Positions 1-10,130 are shown, counted from the stretch's first letter. The stretch: 64,000 nt of DNA from a virus (IMGVR_UViG_3300037067_005096:32001-96000), one strand, 5' to 3'. Translations and numbers: made by a program. Notes: generated by a model not told the origin, from the letters alone.

Positions 1-1
1 G

Positions 2-223
2 TTGAGCCTCTGTCAGGACAGCTACGAACATAGGGTCTATGTCCTCTGACCCGATGATGTCGAGGAACGACTTGAGAATGTCGAGTTTGGCAGCGTCCGC
101 TGTGGTGCGAACTCTGGAAGTGATTACCCGGTCTTCTTTCACAACTCGCACACCACCAATTTCACGTGTGATGGTAGTAGGAGCCGGATTTGCTTGCTTC
201 TTTCTTGCCTTGAACGGCCACAT
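2..223 (-). CDS. hypothetical protein, truncated by window edge (MWPFKARKK...)
   Basis: ATG at 223 preceded by a GGAGG RBS; open frame runs off the left edge. Confidence 0.6.
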   Translation of the reverse strand, partial: MWPFKARKKQANPAPTTITREIGGVRVVKEDRVITSRVRTTADAAKLDILKSFLDIIGSEDIDPMFVAVLTEAQ

Positions 224-226
224 AAC

Positions 227-958
227 TTATGCCTCCTGGATAGTACTGGCGCACGCGATGACAACAGGCATCGGGTCGCTTTTGGATTTTGGTTTGTTCC
301 GGGTCAGATACACAGTATCGGTTTCTTTACCAGCTTCTCGGATTTCGAGTTTCATCTTAGCTGCTACAGTCACATACTTCTGACGAATCAAAACAGTTCG
401 AGTTGGGCTGGTTAGGCGTACCAAGTCACCTGCACTGGTATCAACACCATAACGCTCTCCGATGGGTTGAGTCATGAACTCGGTCAACTCGAAAGTTGGA
501 AGTTCATCTAACTTATCATACCATACAGGACTTCCACCTATTTTGGTGCTGGCTATCTTTTGGGCATAGTTCACCAGGTCAACGGATTCCCAGATGATAT
601 ACCCATCACTGACTAACGAATGTAGACCATCCCAACCCTCAAACCAACCCCAGTATATTGGCTGCTGAAAAGACAGAGCAAAGTGATTTTTCACTGCTGT
701 GATTTCATCGTGCAGGTCACAGAACTCTGCTGGCAGACCCATCAGATTGATGATAGGTGCGGTTGGTTGAGTTGGTGGATGTAAGCCATACCGTAAGGAC
801 ACCTCTCTCCATGTCTCTCCCGTGTTGATACGGCTGACAGTCTTCTTCGAGACTCCAAACTCATCCGCAATCAACCGATGTGGAACTTTTTGTTTGAGGC
901 GTTCCAGGATGGCTATTACTTGTGGTTCTGTCAAGATGGCCGTAGGACGAACTGTCAT
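227..958 (-). CDS. protein with N-terminal helix-turn-helix
   Basis: LTEPQVIAILERLKQKVPHRLIADEFGVSKKTVSRINTGETW is an HTH pattern. Start trimmed to ATG 958 (GGAGG upstream, ATGA overlap with the GT9 stop). Confidence 0.6.
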   Translation of the reverse strand: MTVRPTAILTEPQVIAILERLKQKVPHRLIADEFGVSKKTVSRINTGETWREVSLRYGLHPPTQPTAPIINLMGLPAEFCDLHDEITAVKNHFALSFQQPIYWGWFEGWDGLHSLVSDGYIIWESVDLVNYAQKIASTKIGGSPVWYDKLDELPTFELTEFMTQPIGERYGVDTSAGDLVRLTSPTRTVLIRQKYVTVAAKMKLEIREAGKETDTVYLTRNKPKSKSDPMPVVIACASTIQEA

Positions 959-1914
959 ACTAAAGCCTCCTCCAGCCCGGCTATAATCATTGGAAAAGTA
1001 ATACGCCGGAGGCAAGACCACTGCTGAAATCTCCACTGGCACTGGCAGGACTTCAGTTCCTCCGGCGTTTGGCAATATCCGAGACTTTTCTTAGGCACTA
1101 CAATGCAATTATACCCTTTTACCCGCAATTCTGGGGGCATTATCCCCCACAAAGCGACCTGGGGAGTGTCCACTGCCTGTGCCAAGTGAAGCAAACCAGT
1201 ATCGGGCGTGAGAATCAACTTACAATGCTTCAACAGAGCCGCTACGAAGTCTAGCTGCTTGCCAATACAAGACACAGCATATTTGTTCGATAGTGGTTTG
1301 ATGAAGTCAATGCTCATTGGGAGATACCCTTTGGTATAGAGCCAGTCTGCAACCCGACCAGACATCCCGTCGTAATCCCAATCTCGTGCCCACATTCCGG
1401 CTCTCAGAACGATACCAACGATAGGCTTGTTCTCAGGATTCTTTTCTGCCAACCATGCTCGAACCTCTGCATCCTTCTCATCAGATACCGTGTACTTCGG
1501 TAACAGGTTGACGTTGGGGTCATACAGTTTGTGGTGTTCTAGCCAGAATCGTGCGATTCCATAGGGTGTCATCCCGTTATAGTCACGCTCAAACTGCATG
1601 AAATCTGCATTGCAGTCTAGCACTAAGTCAGCCGTCTGGACTGTGTAGGGTAGTGGGTCAACTGCAGCCCCGAATAAGAGGGGGTCGATTTGCTGATTCA
1701 AAGCGGTAGTCCATTCACGAGAGTCAATACACTCGATTCGGTCTACTCCGGGAATGCCTTGAAATATGAGAGGCAACGCCCCGCCTAAGTAACGGTCGTC
1801 TGTAATAACCGTTACTTGGTTATCCAGATACTTCCGTTTTAGTTGGCTAACCAACGGTGACAGAAGCAGGCAGTCTCCTATGCTTGGACGTTGACGAATT
1901 ATGACGGTTTTCAT
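955..1914 (-). CDS. glycosyltransferase family 9 (heptosyltransferase-like)
   Basis: N-terminal IGDCLLLSPLVSQLKRKY and C-terminal LILTPDTGLLHLAQAVDTPQVALWG are the GT9 (RfaF/WaaF-like) motifs. Confidence 0.85.
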   Translation of the reverse strand: MKTVIIRQRPSIGDCLLLSPLVSQLKRKYLDNQVTVITDDRYLGGALPLIFQGIPGVDRIECIDSREWTTALNQQIDPLLFGAAVDPLPYTVQTADLVLDCNADFMQFERDYNGMTPYGIARFWLEHHKLYDPNVNLLPKYTVSDEKDAEVRAWLAEKNPENKPIVGIVLRAGMWARDWDYDGMSGRVADWLYTKGYLPMSIDFIKPLSNKYAVSCIGKQLDFVAALLKHCKLILTPDTGLLHLAQAVDTPQVALWGIMPPELRVKGYNCIVVPKKSLGYCQTPEELKSCQCQWRFQQWSCLRRITFPMIIAGLEEALV

Positions 1915-1933
1915 ACTGGTTGCCTCCAGTGAT

Positions 1934-1962
1934 AGTATACCGGATTTCCCTATTCAAGTCAA
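1934..1962 (-). promoter_or_regulatory. sigma70-type promoter for the GT9 gene
   Basis: TTGACT-N17-TATACT, followed by GGAGG and ATG at 1914. Confidence 0.75.
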
Positions 1963-2379
1963 CTAAGAATCCGCAGGAAATCCGAGAGATGTGCTGAACC
2001 ACACATCCACTGATACCACTGAGAGCAACATTGTGTATGTGTAGGCGATATTTGACCCATAAATGGGCTTAGCTGTAAACGATTCGGCTCCAGGACTGAA
2101 CACAACGGTCATCTGCATTCCTTTGTAGTCTTCAAGGGTAAATGAATAGCCCTTTAGACGATACAAAGCATACAGGGCTTTCAGTGTGTTCACATCTGTG
2201 AGAACTCCCGAAATCTGGACGACCAAATCCGATGGGTTAATGCCCCGGTCTTGGTAGACGGTATCACCATCTATCAACCGATGCACTGACCCTCTTCGAC
2301 GGCCTCCCAGCATGATATAGTTGTCCGGGTCTATATCAAGCGGTATGGAATTCAGTTTTACTTGAGAGATACCCGCCAT
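1963..2379 (-). CDS. putative tail protein (distal-tail-like), immediately after tape measure
   Basis: Position after the TMP gene; 138 aa, beta-rich. Confidence 0.45.
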   Translation of the reverse strand: MAGISQVKLNSIPLDIDPDNYIMLGGRRRGSVHRLIDGDTVYQDRGINPSDLVVQISGVLTDVNTLKALYALYRLKGYSFTLEDYKGMQMTVVFSPGAESFTAKPIYGSNIAYTYTMLLSVVSVDVWFSTSLGFPADS

Positions 2380-5300
2380 TAGCCTCTACCCCCGCTTTGT
2401 GCTGCCAATCGGCAGAGCTTTTCTCGAATCTTAGGCATCCACTGGTCGATGTCTTTTTCGGTGATAGTAGCTCCACCAGAAATTGCGATATTGATAGGAG
2501 GTAGCTCTGAACCCTTCCCACCTTCTTTGCCCGGCTCTGTTGTTGATGTAGCCGGTTTTCCTTTCTTTTTGGCATCAGGAGTGGTTACATCCCCCACAAT
2601 GCCCTTAGCATAGTCTGTAAGGGCCTGTAGAGCCGCTGTGGAGTCATCTACGACCTTTGCTAGGTCTTCCCACTTAATTGCGGCAGCAAGGTCATTCTGC
2701 TTGCTAAGAACGTCGATATTCTTATCAGCAATTTCAGCAAGCTGCTCATCCATCTGAGCTTTCTTCTCTGCCATTGCCAAACTCTTACGCTGCAAGTCTA
2801 TGCCTTTTCTTACCAGACTCTCAGCTTCACCCAAGCTAAGTCGTTCTTCTCCACGTCCAACTATACGGGCTGCCCGTTCCATCATTCGAGCATTTCGTGG
2901 ATTCAAGCTGGCGTTATACATCTCAGTCTGATATTGAGCTTGCTCTACATTCAATCGTGCCTGTGGTAGAGCCATGTGAGCCATCTGCTCTTGAATAGGA
3001 CGAGCCTGTTCTTCAAGTCTGAACTGTTGGGCTGCTAATGTCTGAGCTTGCCAGTTGCGGAATATGTCCTGTTTCGCTTGCTGGATACTTTGTGTCTGGA
3101 ACTGTTGGAATTGTTCAGGTGTCCATCTTTGACTTCTTCGTTCACCCTCAAGTTGTGCAATGAGATTATAGGCTCCCATTGTTTGAGGCGTACGCATAGC
3201 TCCGGCCATTGTTGACAGCCGACTGGCTTCCATTTGGGCAATCTCTGATTGTGCTGTTGGTATCTGACCCAATCTACGGGGAGCAACATAGGCTTCTTTC
3301 ATCTGGATAGCCTGGAATTGCTCTTCTCGCTGTGCCAGCAACTTTTCTCCCATCGCCTTGCTCATGCTATGGAACACATGAACAGCTTGGCGTATCTTCT
3401 CTCGAACAGCCCGGAATGCCAGACGAGCGGCATCAAGAACGTTTTCAGAGTCAACGCCCAACGATAGATTCTGTATGTCATTCTCGATTTTCCGAAGCGG
3501 TTTGTTGAATAGAGCATCGAAGTTGGCTAGAGCCTGTTTTAGGGTCTTTTCATAGTCTGGCCCTAGTAACTCTTTCTGCCCCAGCATTTGCTGTTGAATC
3601 GAAAGACGACCTTTGATATATTCCCCCGCCACAGGACGAAGGTCAAGAGCCGCTGCCCGTTGCTGTAGTTCGAGCTTCATTGCTTCTTGCTGGTCTTTTG
3701 GCCGTTCCTGAATCTGTCTGCGTAACCGATTGTATTGAGCATCCATGATGTTCTGTTGCTCTTTTTTCAATCGGTCACGTTCTGCTTCTTCTTGTTCGGC
3801 TGCTGTTCCTGTGAGGGTTTTACCTCCACGGGCTTCTGATGCTTTGGCGAGTTTTTCCATTCCCGCTTGCATATCTTGCCAGCGTTTTACCAGGTCAGTA
3901 TCAACTGGACGTAGCTGTCCACCAGTATACATTTGCTTCAATTCAGCAAGTTGAAGCTGTGCAGCTACTTCTGGCCGTCTCATCATTGCGCCCCGACCAT
4001 AACTCATGTCAAGAGCCTTAGATGCTGATTGCCAGAACTGTAGTTCTTCTTGGGCAGACGACACTTTACGGTCAGCTTCAAACTTCAGATTACCTTGCTC
4101 TTTGAGTTCTTTCTGAGCCTTTAGGTTTTCTCTTAGGTCATGCTGCAGAGCTTTTTGACCGCGTGGGTCTTCTATTTCTCCAGGAATAGCTCCCGTTGTT
4201 GTCGCTTTATCAATACCCCAAAGTGGAATAGGAATCCATGATATACCAGGAGTAGCTTTTGTGATTCCCTGCTCGTCCAAGTTGGCTATTTTACCAGTTT
4301 TCATAGACTGTCTGATTTGACGTTCTTGCTGCTTCAAATCAGACATCTTTGCACCGGCTGGGAACTTTTCACGAGTTTCCCGGAGAGCCGCTGCTGCCGC
4401 TTCAAACTCATCCGCTGCTTTGCGCCCAGCATCACCTAGACTCTTGAAAACACCAACCAAGACACCTGCTGCCCCACCGATAGCTGTGCCAATACCCGGA
4501 GCAATAGTAGAACCCATTATGGCCCCACCAACACCGTAAGATAGGGCATTTGTAATACCTGCTCCCATAGGTGACTTGTTCAATCCTAAGCTGGAACTGG
4601 CAAGCTCTATGCCTGTGCCAGCCAGCATTCCATACATTCCACCTTTGAGAGCTTTTGCACCCCACGGAGCGAGTTTTGAACCCCAGCTAGTAAATGTAGG
4701 AAGATTGCGTTGCGACCAGGTTCCGGCTGCTGCCGCTTCACCTGCTCCACCAGCCATAGTCCCCATTGCAGCCATACCCAGAAATCCACCAAGTTCTTGT
4801 CGGGCTATATTGCCTTCCGCTCCCATAACGATTCGAGCTTTTTCCGCTTCACTTAGAGCCTGGAATTGTGGCATCCCGCCCAATGCACCCGTGCGCAATC
4901 GCTGTGAATAGAATCCTTGTGCCAAGTTTTGGGCTTGTTCGACTTTTCCTGCCTGCATCAACTTACGAACAGCCGCTTGCTGATTTTCGGACAAGACCCA
5001 AGTAGTTGCTAAAGCTGCTTCACCGGCAGCCATTTTCCCACCAATACGGGCTGCTGCTGGAACACCACCAAGCATACCTCCACCACCGGCTGTGCCTGCT
5101 GCAGCCGCATTGCGTTCGATGGATGCTGTTGTTGCATCTATGGCTCTTGTTGTTTCGAGAGCCGTAGCAGCCAGCTTATCAAGGGTTGAGGCAAATCCAA
5201 GAACCTGACCACTCGCAGACCCCAGAATCCCAACCAGTTTGAGCAGCACGGCTCCTATGATGATTTTGTCACCATAGTTTGCTAGGAACTCTACGAACTT

Positions 5301-6353
5301 CATTATGTAAGGGATGGCTGGAGACCGCACAATGGCTTCCAACGCTTTGAAGATGGACATGAACATATTGGAAAGCGTCTCAGCAAACTTCTCTGCATCA
5401 GTTCCCGAAAGAGCCTCACCAAGTTCTTCCAGTGCCGGACTGATGTTCTTCATGAACTTTCCACCGACCTTAGACCAGAAGATGTCGAACTTGGATTCGA
5501 GGGTAGACATGATACCTTCGATAGACTTACCAAAACTCTGTTGAATCTCCGGGGACATAAAGCCTTTCATCTTGTTCTGCAGGAAGTCGTAAAGCTCTTG
5601 CCCAGACCGTGTGGAAACATCTACATTGGAAACACCCAACGCACGTCCAATAGTAGACCTACCAACGTTGACACCACCACCCATCAAAAGACGAGCCGCA
5701 TTTGCAATCTGTTCTCCCCGTAGACCGAGAGTCTTAGCTACAACCGCAGCACTTTCAGATAGGTTCAGGATTTGTGTAGGAGCAAGGCCCTTTCTTGCAC
5801 CAGCCGCCAGAGATGATTGGAAAGCTCCCAACTGTTCTTGGTAAACCAAGATGTTTCGAGCCTGGCGTTGTATGATGTCGAGATTGAATCGTTGCGCTTG
5901 CTGTGTGGCGAACTGGAATGCTTCCGGCCCACTTACTTCTCGACCGGATGTGCCAGTTATCTTATAGGCAGATTGAAGAGTCGCAGCAATAGCGATTTGG
6001 GCAGTTTGGAATTCTCTCGCTTTTTCGATAGAGCGTGTAAACGCCCGTTCAAGCAACGCAAAGCCTCCCAAAGTTGCACCAATACCCAGGGCACTATTGA
6101 ATAGGCCGGACATCTTGTCCAGAGACGCATTAAGGCGACCACTCACACCAACCATGCGTTCCATGTGAGTGGTCGCCTGACCAAGTTTCGCCATTCGACC
6201 GAGAGCAAATTCTGCTCCAGTACCGAAGCCAGACCCCACTGTAGCCAGGCGAGTGCCCATACGCCGGACAGCAGAATCAATCATACTCTCCGCTTGGCCT
6301 AGACCGGCACGTAATCCAGCATTATCTACGCCTGTATCTACAATGATAGCCAT
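2379..6353 (-). CDS. tail tape measure protein
   Basis: 1324 aa, Ala/Gly/Gln-rich and helical with a GxxxG hydrophobic segment; follows tail tube and chaperone genes. Confidence 0.85.
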   Translation of the reverse strand: MAIIVDTGVDNAGLRAGLGQAESMIDSAVRRMGTRLATVGSGFGTGAEFALGRMAKLGQATTHMERMVGVSGRLNASLDKMSGLFNSALGIGATLGGFALLERAFTRSIEKAREFQTAQIAIAATLQSAYKITGTSGREVSGPEAFQFATQQAQRFNLDIIQRQARNILVYQEQLGAFQSSLAAGARKGLAPTQILNLSESAAVVAKTLGLRGEQIANAARLLMGGGVNVGRSTIGRALGVSNVDVSTRSGQELYDFLQNKMKGFMSPEIQQSFGKSIEGIMSTLESKFDIFWSKVGGKFMKNISPALEELGEALSGTDAEKFAETLSNMFMSIFKALEAIVRSPAIPYIMKFVEFLANYGDKIIIGAVLLKLVGILGSASGQVLGFASTLDKLAATALETTRAIDATTASIERNAAAAGTAGGGGMLGGVPAAARIGGKMAAGEAALATTWVLSENQQAAVRKLMQAGKVEQAQNLAQGFYSQRLRTGALGGMPQFQALSEAEKARIVMGAEGNIARQELGGFLGMAAMGTMAGGAGEAAAAGTWSQRNLPTFTSWGSKLAPWGAKALKGGMYGMLAGTGIELASSSLGLNKSPMGAGITNALSYGVGGAIMGSTIAPGIGTAIGGAAGVLVGVFKSLGDAGRKAADEFEAAAAALRETREKFPAGAKMSDLKQQERQIRQSMKTGKIANLDEQGITKATPGISWIPIPLWGIDKATTTGAIPGEIEDPRGQKALQHDLRENLKAQKELKEQGNLKFEADRKVSSAQEELQFWQSASKALDMSYGRGAMMRRPEVAAQLQLAELKQMYTGGQLRPVDTDLVKRWQDMQAGMEKLAKASEARGGKTLTGTAAEQEEAERDRLKKEQQNIMDAQYNRLRRQIQERPKDQQEAMKLELQQRAAALDLRPVAGEYIKGRLSIQQQMLGQKELLGPDYEKTLKQALANFDALFNKPLRKIENDIQNLSLGVDSENVLDAARLAFRAVREKIRQAVHVFHSMSKAMGEKLLAQREEQFQAIQMKEAYVAPRRLGQIPTAQSEIAQMEASRLSTMAGAMRTPQTMGAYNLIAQLEGERRSQRWTPEQFQQFQTQSIQQAKQDIFRNWQAQTLAAQQFRLEEQARPIQEQMAHMALPQARLNVEQAQYQTEMYNASLNPRNARMMERAARIVGRGEERLSLGEAESLVRKGIDLQRKSLAMAEKKAQMDEQLAEIADKNIDVLSKQNDLAAAIKWEDLAKVVDDSTAALQALTDYAKGIVGDVTTPDAKKKGKPATSTTEPGKEGGKGSELPPINIAISGGATITEKDIDQWMPKIREKLCRLAAQSGGRG

Positions 6354-6358
6354 TGTTG

Positions 6359-6655
6359 CTACGTCCTCATAACCCTAACAGGCAAGCCCATTCCCGCTAA
6401 TTGCGAGACTCCGGCTTCTGTTGTGGCATCTATCGTGCCTGACGGAAGTGGAGAAGTCTCTACCTCATCAGTTTCACCTTCTTTCTTGAATGAGGCCATA
6501 GGATTTGTTATGACACTCACTTCGATGTCCCAGACTTTGCGTTCCCAGTAGCGTTCCCATAGACAAGCAACCTGCCGGTAAGTCAAGCTGCGGACATATT
6601 CAATCGTCCATCCCCGCTCTGTAAGAGCCTCTACGATACTGGCATAGTCGGTTTC
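6359..6655 (-). CDS. tail assembly chaperone C-terminal (gpT-like) segment, probably expressed by -1 frameshift
   Basis: The -1 frame relative to 6631..7134 is open across the upstream stop and reads ETDYASIVEALTERGWTIEYVRSLTYRQVACLW. Confidence 0.6.
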   Translation of the reverse strand, partial: ETDYASIVEALTERGWTIEYVRSLTYRQVACLWERYWERKVWDIEVSVITNPMASFKKEGETDEVETSPLPSGTIDATTEAGVSQLAGMGLPVRVMRT

Positions 6656-7134
6656 GGGGACTCGGATTCGTCTTTCTCCGCTTCCGATAACATCTGTCGG
6701 ATGGTCGGAAGCATGAACCAGTTTCCCCCTGATGCCGTTATCTCATCGAGATGGTTGAGTTGTAGGAACATATCAACCAGTGCGATGAGACCCCCAGCAC
6801 CCAGCTTGAGGTTCTTATAGAACTTCTCGTCCTTTGCTCCTCTGCTGGACTTTGCCAGGTACTTGAACAGAAGAGCTTCCTGGTCAGCAGAAACCTTCTT
6901 GAAAGGTATACGCTCTGTGACCTTCTGCATAACCCCTTCGACTTCTTTCTCGACTTCTTGGACAAAGTTTCTGTCCATAGCCTCTGAAACGAAATCAACC
7001 AGGTCGGGCCGGGATAACTCCCACTGCCTAACGGTTTCTGGCTCTCCACCTGTTACTTCCGTAGGGAATGTAACATCTACAAAGTCAGGAACCAGGGCTG
7101 AGTCATCCCATTTGAACTTCTTCGTGTCGCTCAT
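6631..7134 (-). CDS. tail assembly chaperone (gpG-like)
   Basis: Lies between tail tube and TMP; strong AGGAGG RBS. Confidence 0.7.
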   Translation of the reverse strand: MSDTKKFKWDDSALVPDFVDVTFPTEVTGGEPETVRQWELSRPDLVDFVSEAMDRNFVQEVEKEVEGVMQKVTERIPFKKVSADQEALLFKYLAKSSRGAKDEKFYKNLKLGAGGLIALVDMFLQLNHLDEITASGGNWFMLPTIRQMLSEAEKDESESPKPTMPVS

Positions 7135-7146
7135 TTGATGCCTCCT

Positions 7147-7189
7147 AAAAAGAGTGAACCGGCGTCAGAAATCAATCTGATGCCGGTTC
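7147..7189 (-). terminator. intrinsic terminator after the tail tube gene
   Basis: GAACCGGCATCAGA/TCTGACGCCGGTTC stem followed by CTCTTTTT. Confidence 0.6.
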
Positions 7190-7233
7190 CATTCTACCAT
7201 AAAACAGAATGCTCGCGCAAGCTATTTCTCGCT

Positions 7234-7833
7234 TTACTGCTCGATGAACAGTTGGTAGTACTGTTCGCCAGCGTCTTTGGTTGTGTCGGCAAGCAAGCGG
7301 AACTGACACTGGTACAAGTTCCAGTCGGTTTCCCGGAACGGAAGAGTCAATTCGCCCATCGGAGAGGCTTTGTAGCCCTCGAAGACGTGTCTCTTGCCAC
7401 TGGCCTTGCGGTGAGTGAACCGAAGTCCTACGTATGCATGGGTAGGGATTCCACCAAACTTGAGTAGGTCACCGCTTACCACGTCTGTTAGACCGGTTTG
7501 CAGTGTTCCACTCAGGGCTTGGCTAGACCCATCCAAGAACGTGGGAATAGTGCCGCTGGTGATAGCAGCCTGGCCCAAAGCCATCTTCAGTGAAGCCACT
7601 GTAAGCTCAGCCAACGTAGCTGTGACCACTACCCTCTCACGAATGACTTCCTGGAGAATGGTGACCAACGGTCGGCCACTCTCGAAGTCAAGCACTTCCC
7701 TTGTGTGTGCAATCGTAAGTTCGGTTTTGATAGCACCTACGTCCACGTACGCGTCGAACACGTCATTGGTGTAAGTGCCCAGTTCCAGGTTGCCGAGGCC
7801 CAAGCTGATGTTGTTTTTGTTGACTATGGGCAT
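7234..7833 (-). CDS. major tail (tube) protein
   Basis: LGLGNLELG...DVGAIK...VTATLAELT is a tube-protein pattern; position and strong RBS agree. Confidence 0.8.
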   Translation of the reverse strand: MPIVNKNNISLGLGNLELGTYTNDVFDAYVDVGAIKTELTIAHTREVLDFESGRPLVTILQEVIRERVVVTATLAELTVASLKMALGQAAITSGTIPTFLDGSSQALSGTLQTGLTDVVSGDLLKFGGIPTHAYVGLRFTHRKASGKRHVFEGYKASPMGELTLPFRETDWNLYQCQFRLLADTTKDAGEQYYQLFIEQ

Positions 7834-7875
7834 TTCTCGTATTCCTCCTACGAAAGACTCGGTGTGCCTAACATT

Positions 7876-7915
7876 AGCTTACTACATTCGGGCCTCGATT
7901 ACCTGTCCACATTGA
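7876..7915 (-). promoter_or_regulatory. candidate late promoter TCAATGTGGACA-N22-TAAGCT
   Basis: Same 12-mer and same spacing occur upstream of the capsid gene. Confidence 0.6.
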
Positions 7916-7921
7916 GGAATT

Positions 7922-8335
7922 TTATGTAGCATCGCCCACTTCTACATCAAATTCGAGACTACTTTCCCAGTGGTTGAGGTCTTTGTCGTGGAATGGCACA
8001 GTTGGCCCGCCCGCATTGAAGCATTTATAGACGATGATGTTGCCATCAGCATACGTAAAGAGATGAAGAAGGTTCTGGACGATGGTCTGCATCTCGTAAG
8101 TGTCAATGAATTGCTGAGACTGGATTTGAACGTAGAGCTTTACAGAGTCAACATTCAATCCTACATCCGTGCTCTGCACTTCATACGAGAGAGTGATGAG
8201 AGGATATTCGGGGTCTTTGACTTGTGGCAAGTACTGACGATACACCCGCTTCTTTGTGATACCTTTAGCGGTCAGAGCGTCGTTTGACACCAGAGTATCT
8301 TGAACCTTGTCGATGAATAGAGGTACTTGTGCCAT
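7922..8335 (-). CDS. tail completion/terminator protein
   Basis: RVYRQYLPQ..PEYPLITL motif; position before the tail tube gene. Confidence 0.65.
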   Translation of the reverse strand: MAQVPLFIDKVQDTLVSNDALTAKGITKKRVYRQYLPQVKDPEYPLITLSYEVQSTDVGLNVDSVKLYVQIQSQQFIDTYEMQTIVQNLLHLFTYADGNIIVYKCFNAGGPTVPFHDKDLNHWESSLEFDVEVGDAT

Positions 8336-8811
8336 TATACTTTCACCCGTAACCGGATTCTCCGTTCAAGTGCAGCGATTGCCGGAGCCGTTACCTTGAA
8401 TATCTCTGTCCGAAGATGCTTTGTCCACGGTCTGCCTTTCATGCGGTCAGTTCCGCTAAGCAGCCAGTTACCCAATGCTTTTTCACCCCGACTGTAGACT
8501 GTGATACTGATTCGGTCTTTGCCAAGCAGTAGAGGCCCACGAAGCACTAAACTCTCGAAGAATCCACCACTTTGTCGGTTAATGACACCAGCCGGTAGTC
8601 CTCCAGGTCGTCCAGGGCCATTTACCTTGTATGGATGACCTATTTTTCGCAAGTCAGTCAGACTGAAATACTGTGTACCGACATTCCTTTCCAACACCTC
8701 TCGGATAGGTTCTTTCAGACGTGCCAATGCTTCCATCTCCAGCCGGGTAACCTGCTGCACGATTTTCTCAACCGGTAGTTTTGTCCATCTTACTCGTATT
8801 GTCGGTTTCAT
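8335..8811 (-). CDS. neck/tail-completion protein (HK97 gp10-like)
   Basis: GTDRMKGRPW motif. Start trimmed to ATG 8811 because the longer ORF runs through tRNA-Pro. Confidence 0.6.
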   Translation of the reverse strand: MKPTIRVRWTKLPVEKIVQQVTRLEMEALARLKEPIREVLERNVGTQYFSLTDLRKIGHPYKVNGPGRPGGLPAGVINRQSGGFFESLVLRGPLLLGKDRISITVYSRGEKALGNWLLSGTDRMKGRPWTKHLRTEIFKVTAPAIAALERRIRLRVKV

Positions 8812-8819
8812 AGTTGAAA

Positions 8820-8896
8820 TGGTCGGGACAGCAAGACTCGAACTTGGGACCCCTGGTTCCCAAGACCAGTGCTCTTCCAAACTGAGCTACGCCCCG
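8820..8896 (-). tRNA. tRNA-Pro(UGG)
   Basis: CGGGGCGTAGCTCAGTTTGGAAGAGCACTGGTCTTGGGAACCAG...TTCGAGT...CCCGACCA forms a cloverleaf with encoded CCA. Confidence 0.88.
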
Positions 8897-8903
8897 ATGT
8901 TTA

Positions 8904-9359
8904 CTACAGGATTCTTGCTTTGATGGCAAGCTGCCGAACTGTAGGGTCGGTTCTCGGTGGAGCTTGAAATCGGGATTTCACTCGGTCAATCTTGAGCTTA
9001 CCGATACCAGCCTGTTCCGTTGCCTCAAATATCAACCACGGTTCTCCATTGAGTATCACGTGGTCATTTGGTTCCAGATTGTACAGAGCCGGTATGATGA
9101 GCCAGTCGGTATTCATGCGAATGATACCAACATCTTTCTCATACCACCGCTCTACAGTGGAGACAAAGAATGCGGGCACTTCTTCCGCTAGACGAACCCA
9201 GGTCTCGACCTGCTTATCTGCATAGTCATCTGCCTGGCTAATAACGGTAGGACGCCAGAAATCGACGTGTACGGACAAAGAAGGCCATTGTAGGGCCAGT
9301 GCGTCCAGTATTTCCAAGACTCTATCCCGGAATATAGCTTCTTTTGACCCTGGTTCCAT
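8904..9359 (-). CDS. head closure/head-tail adaptor protein
   Basis: Position in the neck module; LEPNDHVILNGEPWLI resembles gp16-like stopper proteins. Confidence 0.55.
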   Translation of the reverse strand: MEPGSKEAIFRDRVLEILDALALQWPSLSVHVDFWRPTVISQADDYADKQVETWVRLAEEVPAFFVSTVERWYEKDVGIIRMNTDWLIIPALYNLEPNDHVILNGEPWLIFEATEQAGIGKLKIDRVKSRFQAPPRTDPTVRQLAIKARIL

Positions 9360-9362
9360 ACC

Positions 9363-10106
9363 TTAACTCCGCATCACGGTTCCACCAGGCCCCGCTTGGG
9401 TATTGATGGCCCTATCGTAGTATCGTTTCGCCTTTGATTCCCAATATCTCATCGCGTCTTTGCTGTCAGCAAAGTTGAGTAGGTCTACTCCGGCAGTGGT
9501 AGCATACAGATTTGCCAGAGCATCTGCCGTATAGTATTCTGCCCACTGGTAGAACCAGTCTGAGATAGCGTCGTTGATGTCAGTCAACTGCACTTTGGTC
9601 GTCATCTCGACCATAACCTGTGCATTATCTTGTTGTGGCACAGGGAAAATACGCAACACTGACGTTGTGCCTCCGCAAATGCCAATCAAATCCCAACCCT
9701 GAGACCCGAACTGCTGCTTCCAAGCATCGAGTTTCTGGCGAAGGAGCATCATCTGGCTTGGCTGATGGAAGAATGAGCCGGTGAATATGACCATCTGTGC
9801 AAGCATAATCCAGCCTGGTGAATAGATATTCAGGCTAGACCAGTCTCCACCCGGAGACCATATCACATCAAGAATGTCTATGGCTCCGGCGCATATCCCG
9901 GCTGTTGTAGCATCTTCAGGGTCAAAGACGTAGTAGTCACTGACCTGTTGTTTCGCCTGGAACGATACGAACTTGTGGATAGGCGAATATCGGGTCAGTT
10001 CTCGAAGAGTAGCGTTGATGATACCCTGATAGTCGTCTTCTGTCAGGATTTTCGGAAACTTACGCTGCTCCAATTCTGCTTTTACGTCTGCTACAGTTAT
10101 AGCCAT
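9363..10106 (-). CDS. head-tail connector/neck protein
   Basis: MAITVADVKAEL N-terminus; position after capsid. Confidence 0.55.
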   Translation of the reverse strand: MAITVADVKAELEQRKFPKILTEDDYQGIINATLRELTRYSPIHKFVSFQAKQQVSDYYVFDPEDATTAGICAGAIDILDVIWSPGGDWSSLNIYSPGWIMLAQMVIFTGSFFHQPSQMMLLRQKLDAWKQQFGSQGWDLIGICGGTTSVLRIFPVPQQDNAQVMVEMTTKVQLTDINDAISDWFYQWAEYYTADALANLYATTAGVDLLNFADSKDAMRYWESKAKRYYDRAINTQAGPGGTVMRS

Positions 10107-10130
10107 AATGATGCTCCCTGCCGTTCAGTT

